Below are positions 49,217-59,093 of a DNA stretch of 64,000 nucleotides, piece after piece (position 1 is the stretch's first letter; every line of letters begins with the position of its first letter). The notes under the pieces were generated by a model, which saw nothing but the letters and a program-made list of their open reading frames with translations, had not been told where the DNA came from and did not search any database. Origin of the DNA: an uncultured Candidatus Saccharibacteria bacterium (GTDB lineage Bacteria; Patescibacteriota; Saccharimonadia; CAILAD01; BJGX01); NCBI GenBank assembly GCA_964390265.1, contig CAYMHI010000001.1, positions 8,345-72,344 of the forward strand, in the 5' to 3' direction. The position numbers and the translations under genes are program-made.

Positions 49217-49807
49217 ATGAAAAAGTTTTCTATTACTTTATTAGTCATTATTAGTGTATTGGTATTATTTGCCACCGTTATATTTTTTGGGCTAGGATTT
49301 TTCTTAAGCCCACAAAGCACTCCAAGCAAGGCCGATGCTATTGTAGTTGTAAGTGGTGGCCAAACTACTACTCGTGCAGAAAAGGGTATTGAGCTTTATC
49401 GCCAAAAACTGGCCGATTATATAATATTTTCTGGAGCAGCCAAAGATGATGGGCCAAGTAATGCCACTGCTATGCAAGCTCAAGCTATAGCTGGTGGTGT
49501 GCCTGTGGAGTCAATTCTTACCGATATAGACTCACAAAACACCTATCAAAACGCCGTCAACACCAAGCGATTATTGCAAGATATAAAGGCCAAGGAAATT
49601 ATTTTAGTTACTAGCCCGTATCATCAAAGACGTACACACGATACTTTCGCAGCGGTATTGGGCAAGGATTATCAAATAGAAAACGTTAGTTCCACCGATG
49701 ATCGCTGGAGTAAATCGCAATGGTGGAAGACTGAATTTGGAAAAAACATTTCACTTAGTGAACTACAAAAACTATTCTACATTTACACTACAGGCAATTA
49801 TCAATGA
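49217..49807 (+). CDS. DUF218 / YdcF-ElyC-like membrane-anchored protein
   Basis: TM, then ADAIVVVSGG...ILVTSPYHQRR. Confidence 0.65.
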   Translation: MKKFSITLLVIISVLVLFATVIFFGLGFFLSPQSTPSKADAIVVVSGGQTTTRAEKGIELYRQKLADYIIFSGAAKDDGPSNATAMQAQAIAGGVPVESILTDIDSQNTYQNAVNTKRLLQDIKAKEIILVTSPYHQRRTHDTFAAVLGKDYQIENVSSTDDRWSKSQWWKTEFGKNISLSELQKLFYIYTTGNYQ

Positions 49808-50844
49808 AAAAAGTATTTGTAGGCCTTTCTGGCGGAGTAGATAGTGGCGTAGCCGCAGCTCTGCTCAAGCAATCAGGCTACGATGTAGTAGGTGTCTACA
49901 TGAAAAATTGGAGCCGAGATATTGCCGGACACAAGTGCCCATGGGCCGAAGACTTGGCCAGTGCTCGCAGCGTGGCTGCGCACTTGCAAATTCCATTGCG
50001 AGTGTATGATTTTGAGAAAGAATATTTTAACCAAGTTACTCAATATATGCTGGCTACCTACAAAAAAGGTCAGACTCCCAACCCCGATATTATGTGTAAC
50101 TCACAAATAAAATTTAATGTATTTTTAAAACGATGCCTTAGTGAAGGGGCCGATTATATTGCTACCGGTCATTATGCCACCCTAAAAAAAGGTCATTTAC
50201 AAAAAGCCGCCGACCATTCCAAAGACCAGACATACTTTTTGTATAGAATTAATCCTAGCGTAACAGATAAAATAATTTTTCCACTAGGCGATATTACCAA
50301 AGCCAATGTACGTAAGTTAGCAAAAGATTTTAATCTACCCAATTATGATAGGCCAGACTCACAAGGTCTTTGTTTTGTTGGTAATATACCACTTAATGAT
50401 TTTTTAAGTGAATTTATTAAACCCGCAAAGGGCGATATTATTGATGATAATGGAAAAATTATAGGTCAGCATAGCGGCGCATTTAGTTATACATTGGGGC
50501 AGCGACACGGTCTTGGAATAGGTGGTGGTAAACCATATTATGTATATAGAATTGATACCAAAGAAAATATTGTTTATGTGACTACCAACGAAGATTCGCC
50601 GCTACTCAACAAAAATGAATTTAGTATTAGCGATTGTGTATGGTGGCAGAACATGGATGCCAAAATCTTTAGTCTACAAGTTCGAGTTCGCTATAGAAGC
50701 AAACTCAAAAAGTGTAAATTAGTAAAAATCAAAAAAGATAAATGGAACGTTGTACTCGACAAATCAGAGCGGGCAATAGCACCGGGCCAATCGGCGGTTT
50801 TTTATGATGGCGACAAAGTAGTTGGCGGTGGGATAATTCAGTAG
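49804..50844 (+). CDS. mnmA: tRNA-specific 2-thiouridylase MnmA
   Basis: VGLSGGVDSGVAA PP-loop and catalytic Cys residues. Confidence 0.9.
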   Translation: MKKVFVGLSGGVDSGVAAALLKQSGYDVVGVYMKNWSRDIAGHKCPWAEDLASARSVAAHLQIPLRVYDFEKEYFNQVTQYMLATYKKGQTPNPDIMCNSQIKFNVFLKRCLSEGADYIATGHYATLKKGHLQKAADHSKDQTYFLYRINPSVTDKIIFPLGDITKANVRKLAKDFNLPNYDRPDSQGLCFVGNIPLNDFLSEFIKPAKGDIIDDNGKIIGQHSGAFSYTLGQRHGLGIGGGKPYYVYRIDTKENIVYVTTNEDSPLLNKNEFSISDCVWWQNMDAKIFSLQVRVRYRSKLKKCKLVKIKKDKWNVVLDKSERAIAPGQSAVFYDGDKVVGGGIIQ

Positions 50845-50846
50845 TG

Positions 50847-51683
50847 TTAATGTTTGCGAATACGCCAAGATGAGCGCATCTCTTGAACCTCATCTAATTC
50901 AATTTCTGATATTAACAATTTTTCGCGGTTGTGTTTTATAACTTTCATAGGGCCCACAAAAGGACTACAAATTTGTGAATAACCTAGTAAATAATCCTCG
51001 CGTTTAGTTGTTTTGAAATGTTTTGCAGCATTAGTAAAAACAAAGAATACTTCGTTTTCAAATGACCTAGCTGGCACCAGATATTTTATAGCAACAAGCT
51101 CATCATTGTGATGATACTTTTTTAGCGAGGAAGCATAGGCGGTAGAGTACTTGCTCCAGAATGCTGGCGAAAAGATTATTTTTGCACCCATATTTGCCAT
51201 TGTGCTGGTCACTTCGGGGTATAGAATATCGCGACATATTTGAATGCCTACTAGACCGAATTCTGTTTCTAATACCGTATGTTTATTTCCAGGTGAAGAC
51301 GATTCAGAACCCGGCACTGGGTGTCGCTTGGCGTAACTACCAACAACTCGTCCATTTTTATCAAATAAATAACAAACATTATGAAGCAATGCGCTTTTAG
51401 CATCTACCTCCATAACTGTACCGGCTACACAGTATATTCTATATTTTTTGCACAGTTGGGCTACCTCGGTTTTTACAAACTTTGCAACTTCATTAGGTGA
51501 ATCCTCATCATAACCAGGTCCTACCCAGCACTCTTCGGGTAAGCAGATGAAGTCACATTTGTGCTTGGCAGCGCGGGCGAAGTATTTGGCAATTTTTTCA
51601 CAGTTAGTTTTTAGTTCACCAGGGGTTATACTAAGCTGTGCTATAGCTATTTTAACTTTCATATTATTCTTATTGTACAACAC
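50847..51683 (-). CDS. Carbon-nitrogen hydrolase family (nitrilase/amidase-like)
   Basis: Catalytic-triad context (E in ICLPE, K, and C in GIQICRD). Confidence 0.75.
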   Translation of the reverse strand: MLYNKNNMKVKIAIAQLSITPGELKTNCEKIAKYFARAAKHKCDFICLPEECWVGPGYDEDSPNEVAKFVKTEVAQLCKKYRIYCVAGTVMEVDAKSALLHNVCYLFDKNGRVVGSYAKRHPVPGSESSSPGNKHTVLETEFGLVGIQICRDILYPEVTSTMANMGAKIIFSPAFWSKYSTAYASSLKKYHHNDELVAIKYLVPARSFENEVFFVFTNAAKHFKTTKREDYLLGYSQICSPFVGPMKVIKHNREKLLISEIELDEVQEMRSSWRIRKH

Positions 51684-51959
51684 AATATTTGCTTATACTA
51701 AATAGTACTGATGAAATGCTTATGTTATAATAAAAACATGAATTCATTAGAATTTCACAAAAATAAAAACACAGCTACCCTACCTACCCAAAAAAATAAG
51801 GCTTTGGTTGATTTTTATCATATCCTACCAATCGTGAAGCGCAATCCAGACAATAATTTGGATAAATATGATAAACATCAACCCAGCTATTTTATAGTGG
51901 ATAGCCGGGTTAGTGCCAAAAAACCCATTAGCTTACATCTGTCAGTTTAAATTTCCAGT

Positions 51960-52661
51960 ATGGATCCACAACAACAACCAATTCAAACAGAAGGCCCCGA
52001 CCCATATCTTCAAGCTCAAAATGTAGGCGGTGGTTATAGTAATACACGCAAGATTGTTTTTATTTTTATTGCAGTTATTTTTGCCGTAGGTATGGTGGGC
52101 GCAGCAATGTATTATAACTACCAAAATACCCAGCTAAAAAAACAAGTATCTTCATTGCAGGGGCAAGTGGACGAGCTGCAAACCACCAATAAAAACCTTG
52201 AAGAGGCCGCTCAGAAGGTAGTGGCTGGCACAACGCAGGTTGCTCAAACTTCACAGTTTTACGATATTAAAGAGTTTGGAGTGCGCTTTAAGAAAAGCGC
52301 TGATCTGCTTGAGCCCATCGGGGTAGTCAATACTAGCTTGGGTACCTCGGGCTTTTCATCGCAAGGCCTAATGAACGCCGCTTTTGTAGCCGACTCCAAG
52401 GTAAACTCAACCTCTAGCTGTAGCCCCAACAACAGTCCACTAGGTGGTATTAGTCGAGGTAAAACCGGGCAAACTTTTCAATCAACTACGTTTGATAAGG
52501 CGCAGGGAGCGATAAAAATTGGTGAGTTTTATTATGTTTTAATAACTCCCCAAAGCACCTGCTCACAAGATACCACCGCCCAGGCTATATCTACCAAGCA
52601 AGTCGCCGCATTCAAAACCGCATTTAGTACCTTAGAGGCTATACCTAGCACCACCAATTAA
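51960..52661 (+). CDS. Bitopic membrane protein with TM, coiled coil and a Cys-pair C-domain
   Basis: It is paralogous in architecture to the next gene. Confidence 0.5.
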   Translation: MDPQQQPIQTEGPDPYLQAQNVGGGYSNTRKIVFIFIAVIFAVGMVGAAMYYNYQNTQLKKQVSSLQGQVDELQTTNKNLEEAAQKVVAGTTQVAQTSQFYDIKEFGVRFKKSADLLEPIGVVNTSLGTSGFSSQGLMNAAFVADSKVNSTSSCSPNNSPLGGISRGKTGQTFQSTTFDKAQGAIKIGEFYYVLITPQSTCSQDTTAQAISTKQVAAFKTAFSTLEAIPSTTN

Positions 52662-52678
52662 TTATAATAAGGAGAATT

Positions 52679-53251
52679 ATGGAAGAACAAATTAACCAAC
52701 CCGCCCCTCAACCCAACTCAATGATGCCACCTAGCGAGCCCAAGAGTAGTAAAGTCTGGATGATCGTGGCTATTGTAGCAATAATTGCCTTGGTAGCCGT
52801 TAGCGCGTTCGGCTACTACAAATGGCAACAATATCGCACCAAGGTAGGCAACTTGGGCGCCGAAATAAATAGCTTAAAAAGCGATATTGCTCAAAAACAA
52901 GCCGCAACCAGCGACAAAAATGTAGTACTTGGCCTTGCTAAAGCCAGCTGTGAATCGCAAAAGAACTTTACATTTATACTCGGCACAGTTGGTACCAATA
53001 AAGACCAGGTAGAATTCTCAAGCGACAACAACTCAGCGCGCCTTGTGGCTAGCTGTCAGACCGGCACTACAGCTGTTCCGGGGAGCAGCAAAACTTATGT
53101 TTTCAAAAAAGCCAATGGTAGCTGGGCACTAGTTATCACAACAGCTTCACCTATTACTAAGGCTGAAGGCGAAAAATACAATCTACCTACTGCCTGGTAT
53201 CAATCTAGCGCGGCACCTACTACTACAAATCCAACTACACCAACCAACTAA
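52679..53251 (+). CDS. Bitopic membrane protein, paralog-like of the preceding gene
   Basis: AAGGAGA RBS. TM, coiled coil and a two-Cys C-domain. Confidence 0.5.
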   Translation: MEEQINQPAPQPNSMMPPSEPKSSKVWMIVAIVAIIALVAVSAFGYYKWQQYRTKVGNLGAEINSLKSDIAQKQAATSDKNVVLGLAKASCESQKNFTFILGTVGTNKDQVEFSSDNNSARLVASCQTGTTAVPGSSKTYVFKKANGSWALVITTASPITKAEGEKYNLPTAWYQSSAAPTTTNPTTPTN

Positions 53252-53293
53252 GATATACTAGAAGATAGCCGTAAAAAATGTTATAATTTCTGC

Positions 53294-55114
53294 ATGACAA
53301 CAGCAGAAATTCGAACGAAATTCTTAAAATATTTTGAAGAAAAAGACCATGCCGTTATACCTAGTGCACCAGTGGTGCCCGAGCACGACCCCACGGTACT
53401 GTTTACCACAGCAGGCATGCATCCTTTGGTGCCGTATCTTTTGGGTCAACCGCATCCACAAGGCAAGCGCTTAGTCGATAGTCAAAAATGTATCCGCACT
53501 ACCGATATTGAAGAGGTGGGCGACGCCACGCACCTCACATTCTTTGAAATGTTGGGAAATTGGAGCTTAGGAGATTATTTTAAATCTGAGTCAATACCAT
53601 GGAGTTGGGAGTTTTTAACTAGCTCAGATTGGCTTGGGTTAGACCCGCAAAAAATATACGTATCGGTCTACGAAGGTGATGGTGAAGTTCCTAAAGACGA
53701 CGAGTCTATTTCACTTTGGATACAACAGTTTAAAAAAGTCGGAATCGATACTAAAGAAGGCGAGCGTATTTTGGCTCTGGGGCGCGACGACAACTGGTGG
53801 GAGCAGGGTGGCGTAGAGACTGGCCCGGCTGGCCCCGATACCGAGATTTTCTACTATTTAGGAAAAGAAAATAATCCTAAATTTGATACCGAAAATCCTG
53901 ACTTTGTAGAAGTATGGAACAACGTTTTTATGGCTTATCAGCGTCAAGCAGACGGTAGCTATACCGAGCTAAAAAATAAAAATGTCGATACCGGCATGGG
54001 CATGGAAAGAATTGCCGCTGTTATGCAGAGTGTAGATAATGTTTACGATACCGATGTGCTCAAGCAAATTAAAGAATCGGTTGAGGCTTATGCCGTAGAA
54101 ACTCACAAGGCAATTTTTACCGAAACCAGCCCAGAATCGGCACTTAGGGCTACCCGAATAATAACTGATCATACTCGGGCCATAACCTTCATGGCTGCCG
54201 ATGGTGTAGTGCCAGGCAATAAGGACCAGGGTTATGTTATGCGCCGACTTGCGCGTCGAGCAATTAGAGAAGCGTTAATTTTAGGTATTCACCAGGGTTT
54301 GTTTGAGCGTATCGCCCCCAGAGTAATAGCATTATACGAAGACGTTTATACCGAGCTACAAAATCCTTCAACAATAATGGATGTATTACGTAGAGAAGAA
54401 AATGTTTTTCGCCAAACTCTCACTCGCGGGTTGAAAGAGTTTGATAAAATGCTACGTGACAAAAAAGACCTTTCTGGTCAAGACGCATTCACACTCTATG
54501 ATACATATGGTTTCCCTAAAGAACTCAGCCTAGAAGAAGCCAAACGTCAAAATGTTGCTGTGTCGGCGAGTTTTGAAGACGACTTTGCCAAAGCTATGGA
54601 AATTCAAAAACAACGTAGTCGGACTGCCACGGCAGGACAGTTTAAGGGCGGCTTATCCGATCATTCAGAAATAGTTACTCGCTATCATACTGCCACTCAT
54701 TTAATGTACCAAGCCTTGCGTGAAGTGTTGGGTGATCACGTTATGCAACGCGGTAGCAATACTACTGCCGAGCGCATGCGGTTTGATTTTTCGCATCCAG
54801 AGAAAGTCACACCAGAGCAAATCAAGCAAATTGAAAAGATTGTAAACGATGTCATCGCCCAAGACTCGCCTTTAAGCTTTGAAGAGCTACCCAAAGACGA
54901 AGCTTTTGCACAAGGAGCTTTGGGTGCTTTTGGTGAAAAATATCCTGATGTCGTTAGGGTTTATACTGTTGGCGATCCAAAAGGAGAGTATTTTAGTAAA
55001 GAAATATGCGGTGGCCCACACGTGACTCATACTGGTGAGATTGGTAAGTTTAAGATAATCAAAGAAGAGTCTAGCTCGGCCGGCGTACGACGTATAAAAG
55101 CTGTGATAGAGTAA
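53294..55114 (+). CDS. alaS: Alanyl-tRNA synthetase, short form lacking the C-Ala domain
   Basis: N-terminal AlaRS catalytic core (FTTAGM, WGGP-like) and editing-domain HxxxH / CxxxH (HTATHLM...CGGPHV). 606 aa. Confidence 0.85.
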   Translation: MTTAEIRTKFLKYFEEKDHAVIPSAPVVPEHDPTVLFTTAGMHPLVPYLLGQPHPQGKRLVDSQKCIRTTDIEEVGDATHLTFFEMLGNWSLGDYFKSESIPWSWEFLTSSDWLGLDPQKIYVSVYEGDGEVPKDDESISLWIQQFKKVGIDTKEGERILALGRDDNWWEQGGVETGPAGPDTEIFYYLGKENNPKFDTENPDFVEVWNNVFMAYQRQADGSYTELKNKNVDTGMGMERIAAVMQSVDNVYDTDVLKQIKESVEAYAVETHKAIFTETSPESALRATRIITDHTRAITFMAADGVVPGNKDQGYVMRRLARRAIREALILGIHQGLFERIAPRVIALYEDVYTELQNPSTIMDVLRREENVFRQTLTRGLKEFDKMLRDKKDLSGQDAFTLYDTYGFPKELSLEEAKRQNVAVSASFEDDFAKAMEIQKQRSRTATAGQFKGGLSDHSEIVTRYHTATHLMYQALREVLGDHVMQRGSNTTAERMRFDFSHPEKVTPEQIKQIEKIVNDVIAQDSPLSFEELPKDEAFAQGALGAFGEKYPDVVRVYTVGDPKGEYFSKEICGGPHVTHTGEIGKFKIIKEESSSAGVRRIKAVIE

Positions 55115-55174
55115 AATACCTCGAAGAATCTTATATGTAGGTGTATAATAAAAGTAATATAAATAGGAGCCCAA

Positions 55175-55924
55175 ATGCCAGAAGAAGCCAAAGAAGTAAA
55201 ACAAGATGATACTAAACAGCCCGAGGTAGCAACACCTGCTACACCTCAAAAAACCAACACACTCTCTGTAGTCGGCCTTATAATGGCTTTTGTTATTCCT
55301 ATTGTTGGGTTTGTTTGCTCAATTATTGGGCTATCACAGGTTTCTAAGCGCAACGAAAAAGGCAAGGGTTTGGCAGTTGCAGGGCTTATTATCTCAATAT
55401 TTAATATGTTCGTTACTCTAGTGATTATTATTATCATTATAGCTGCCGCCGCGAGTTCAAAAATTACTCTTGAGAGCTTTACCAATGCCAGCCCTAAATA
55501 TACTATTCAGTACCCCAAAGGCTGGACACGCGAGGCCGAAAATCAAGACGGTGCTCAGGGTTATATATTCAAGGACGCTACCAGCGACAACACCGGCAAA
55601 GTATACGGACAAACTGAGATTATATATGTACCAGCTCCAGCAAATGGCTATAAGTCAGATGTGCTCAATGCTATTCGAGACAGTATTAAGTCTAAATACA
55701 ATGGTACGGTGGTTAATTACGAATCGCGCGATACCATAAACGGCAACGAAGCATTGCGCTTAATAATTACCTACAACGGTGAGAACGGTAAAATAAAAGC
55801 TAAGATAACTATTCTCAAAAAGCCAGATAATTCGGTATTTACTTTAGTAACACAGTCGCCTATAGAAAATTACGATAAATATCAAAATGCCTTTGACGAA
55901 ATTCACAACACTTTTCAGCCCTAA
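55175..55924 (+). CDS. DUF4190-like membrane protein with a C-terminal soluble domain
   Basis: Two TM helices with Gly-rich GLI..G..S.IG segments. Confidence 0.5.
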   Translation: MPEEAKEVKQDDTKQPEVATPATPQKTNTLSVVGLIMAFVIPIVGFVCSIIGLSQVSKRNEKGKGLAVAGLIISIFNMFVTLVIIIIIIAAAASSKITLESFTNASPKYTIQYPKGWTREAENQDGAQGYIFKDATSDNTGKVYGQTEIIYVPAPANGYKSDVLNAIRDSIKSKYNGTVVNYESRDTINGNEALRLIITYNGENGKIKAKITILKKPDNSVFTLVTQSPIENYDKYQNAFDEIHNTFQP

Positions 55925-55961
55925 TAAAAAACTCCTAGCGTTGTTGCTAAGAGCAAATAAC

Positions 55962-56498
55962 TTAAGCCTTCACCAATCTATAATGTTCTCTTAAGAGTTT
56001 GTTGTCTCTATAATGGATCGAAATAAACTTTCTATTATTTATGACAATACCTATAGACCGGTCTAATGCCGACAAAGACATATTGTATAAGCGGAATGAT
56101 AATAGCTTGCAATTACCACTACAGCTATTGTGGCCAGTGAATAAGAGAGAAACATTAACAGATGATTTAGTAAATCTTTTAATTCTAAACACATTATTCG
56201 TTTTAAAATTAAAGCCTAAGAAAAGGTCATCGACCAAATATACTAGATCAAATCTACTTGCATATACGCCGACGCATTTCATCTCAACAATCTTAGAGGT
56301 GTCTAAGTTAAGGGCTTTTGAAATTACACTAGGCAAAAGCTTACGAAATGTTTCAAGGGCTATCTGGTTCTTTGCTATACGTTTTTTTTCACGGCGACGT
56401 TTCTTGCGCTCTTTACGTGAATTATAAAGTATATCTTCGGCTTGTCTGGCCCTTTTTATCCTATTAGCTTCTAGTTGCGTTGAGAGCGACATGGTCAC
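55962..56498 (-). CDS. Hypothetical basic protein in an AT-rich segment
   Basis: N-terminal RKERKKRRREKKR tract. GC is roughly 33 percent. Confidence 0.4.
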   Translation of the reverse strand: MTMSLSTQLEANRIKRARQAEDILYNSRKERKKRRREKKRIAKNQIALETFRKLLPSVISKALNLDTSKIVEMKCVGVYASRFDLVYLVDDLFLGFNFKTNNVFRIKRFTKSSVNVSLLFTGHNSCSGNCKLLSFRLYNMSLSALDRSIGIVINNRKFISIHYRDNKLLREHYRLVKA

Positions 56499-56628
56499 TT
56501 CCTCTAAGGTACGTTGGTCACAAGGTATATTACTATAATAATTTACTCAAGTAAATAAATCATCAAAGCTAGCCGAAACTATCACTTTATTCGGTTTTAA
56601 AACTTTTTAGCCCTAGATAATAATAAAG

Positions 56629-56802
56629 CTACTTTTTATCTACCATTGAGACGGCGGCCATAAGTAAAAAGCCTACACCCATACCTATAAATAACCCAAC
56701 TGCAATGGCATTGAGTAAAAAGCCTACGCCCATACCAATAAACATAGCACCCACAAATACTACGCCACCCATTGCTTGAGTTTTAGATTCTTTTTTTGCC
56801 AT
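56629..56802 (-). CDS. Unlisted 57-aa glycine-zipper membrane protein
   Basis: Hand-translated as MAKKESKTQAMGGVVFVGAMFIGMGVGFLLNAIAVGLFIGMGVGFLLMAAVSMVDKK. An AAAGGAG RBS sits 5 nt upstream. It contains an internal FIGMGVGFLL duplication. Confidence 0.6.
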   Translation of the reverse strand: MAKKESKTQAMGGVVFVGAMFIGMGVGFLLNAIAVGLFIGMGVGFLLMAAVSMVDKK

Positions 56803-57006
56803 ACCACTCCTTTACTTAATTAACCTCATTATAGCTTATGTTTGGGTAAATTAAAAACCCCGAATAATATTCGAGGCTAGAATGTAGCGCGTTCTGCAAT
56901 AAACTTGACGGCTTTTTAACTTCTTTGCCGTGGAAAACACCCCGTGCCAATGGGTCAACTGTTTGGTTAGCTTCATTTAAATATATACCAATTATAATTT
57001 TTATAA

Positions 57007-58083
57007 CTATGGCAATACTAGGGCGTTACGTTCACGCAGTAACGTATAGCGATTTTGCAAACTTTGCTGAACTCCACCCACTGTAGTTACAGCTGTAGAA
57101 AAGCCTGCTTTTTTTACAATACCGATAGTTGAGGCATTGTATCGGCCATAGGGATACGCAAAAGTAGTAATTTTAATGCCGAGTTCGTTCTCAAGTACAT
57201 TTTTACTATCGACTATTTGTCTTTGCTGATCGGCCACAGATAGCCCCACCAAGTTTGGGTGATCGATAGTGTGGGCACCTATCTCAGCCACTCCCGAGCC
57301 TACCAATTTTCGTATGTCGCCCCAATTCATATAACTGTCACCGCAGGTTTTATTGTTGCGTAATATGCCTATGCACCATTTACTACTTTCGCCGCCAATA
57401 ATTAAATAGTAGGTAGCTTTCATACGATGTGCCCTAAGTGGAGCTATAGTATCTAGTTGTTCTGAGAAACCATCATCAAATGTAATCACTACCGGTTTTG
57501 GGGGCAAACTATATTTACCATCAAAAAAACTAGCCAACTCGGCCATACTAATAGTGGTGTAGCCTTTCGATGTAAGCGCATCAAGTTGAGCATTAAAATT
57601 TGCTGGTGGCTTATGAAAGAGCAATATTGGTACGGTGGCTGTTTTGACTGGCGGTGTTGGGTTAGGCTGAATAACGGGAAGTTTTTCATTAAGTTTTTGA
57701 GTAGCAGCAATTTCTTGAAGTTTAGAATTGGCTTGTTTTATCTCAGGAGCATAAAGCTCTGTAAACAATATGGCGAGTTCGTAATTGCCCTGTGATACAA
57801 AACTATCCAATTCCATTAGATTTGAATAAACAAGAGACTGATTGACCAAATTGCTTTTAGTGGTTTGTTGAAATTCAAAAACTTGTGCAGATTCTTCTTT
57901 TAGATTAGTTAGCTTAGTACTAGAAATTTCTCCCAGCTGACTCTGTCTGATAGAATAGCTGTTTTTATAATTAATATTGTAAGCCTGCCAAACACAATAA
58001 ACTAAAAATATTAGGGCGAAAGTCCCTATAATATTTGCAGTATATCTGATTTTACGATTTTTATTATTTGTGGGGGTATTCAT
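57007..58083 (-). CDS. Polysaccharide deacetylase (NodB homology domain), membrane-anchored
   Basis: VVITFDDG and HTIDHP motifs. Confidence 0.8.
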   Translation of the reverse strand: MNTPTNNKNRKIRYTANIIGTFALIFLVYCVWQAYNINYKNSYSIRQSQLGEISSTKLTNLKEESAQVFEFQQTTKSNLVNQSLVYSNLMELDSFVSQGNYELAILFTELYAPEIKQANSKLQEIAATQKLNEKLPVIQPNPTPPVKTATVPILLFHKPPANFNAQLDALTSKGYTTISMAELASFFDGKYSLPPKPVVITFDDGFSEQLDTIAPLRAHRMKATYYLIIGGESSKWCIGILRNNKTCGDSYMNWGDIRKLVGSGVAEIGAHTIDHPNLVGLSVADQQRQIVDSKNVLENELGIKITTFAYPYGRYNASTIGIVKKAGFSTAVTTVGGVQQSLQNRYTLLRERNALVLP

Positions 58084-58160
58084 AGAAATTTAAATAACAA
58101 ATGGATAAAACTCAAGTAGCTATTATACAGTAAGCCAAGGAGTTATTTAAGAATTAATGC

Positions 58161-59063
58161 TTAAGGTAAAAGCATGGCGTCACGCACCCTTAGCAAGATG
58201 AATCGATTATTTGAGCTTTGCAAATATCCACTAATAGTTGTAACGGCAGACCTAAAACCTACTTGTTGGGCAAGCTGTGCGACGCTACTATCGAAACTAC
58301 CGTATGGATACGCCAATGTTGTAATCTTGGTATTGAGTTCTTTCTCGAGATATCTTTTATTTTCTAGCATTTCGCTAGTTTGTTCGTCGGTCGATAAAGA
58401 AGCAAGATCGGCATGATTGGTAGTGTGGGCCCCAATCTCAATTAATCCAGACCTAGCAAGCATTTTTACTTGTTCTATATTTAAATAATCATCACCACAA
58501 CTCGTGTTTGTACGTGTGATGCCAATGCAGTATTGAGAACCCGGGCCACCGGTTATTAAGTAAAAGGTAGCTTTCATGTTTCTAGATCTAAGCATCTCAT
58601 AAGCCTGCAGCTGGTCGCCGTAGCCATCATCGAAGGTTATCACTACCGGCTTAGCTGGTAAATTAACCATGCCATCAAAGTAGTCGGCCAGTTGGAGCAT
58701 AGAAACGCTAGTATAGCCCTTAGCCATTAGTGCATCTAGCTGGGCAGGAAGATCGGCTGGCGTCTTGTGGTACATCAATATTGGTATGGGCTGAGGTTGA
58801 GAGGCAAGGTTGAGTATATCTATCGATGGATTCGCTTTGGCCGCTACAGTTGGTGGAGCATTATTAACCAATGTTCCCTGTTCTGTTGGTGGAGAACCAA
58901 TCTTTAAAAAGGCTCGAGTGTTCTGCGTTTGTATTTGTACAAAAAATAAAGCGCTGAATAATATTAGCAGCGGCACCACCAGCTTACTTAATTTGCCAAA
59001 CCTACTCGGAGTAATTCTTTGCATTGCTATAGTATATAGCAATGATTTTATATAAACTAGCAA
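58161..59063 (-). CDS. Polysaccharide deacetylase, tandem paralog
   Basis: VVITFDDGY and HTTNH motifs. Confidence 0.8.
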   Translation of the reverse strand: MLVYIKSLLYTIAMQRITPSRFGKLSKLVVPLLILFSALFFVQIQTQNTRAFLKIGSPPTEQGTLVNNAPPTVAAKANPSIDILNLASQPQPIPILMYHKTPADLPAQLDALMAKGYTSVSMLQLADYFDGMVNLPAKPVVITFDDGYGDQLQAYEMLRSRNMKATFYLITGGPGSQYCIGITRTNTSCGDDYLNIEQVKMLARSGLIEIGAHTTNHADLASLSTDEQTSEMLENKRYLEKELNTKITTLAYPYGSFDSSVAQLAQQVGFRSAVTTISGYLQSSNNRFILLRVRDAMLLP

Positions 59064-59093
59064 AAAAACTATTAAATTGAGCTATGTGCCTAG

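Noticed and set aside
51711-51950. 79-aa ORF upstream of 51960
   Set aside because: AT-rich, no RBS, and it sits in the probable promoter region of the next gene.
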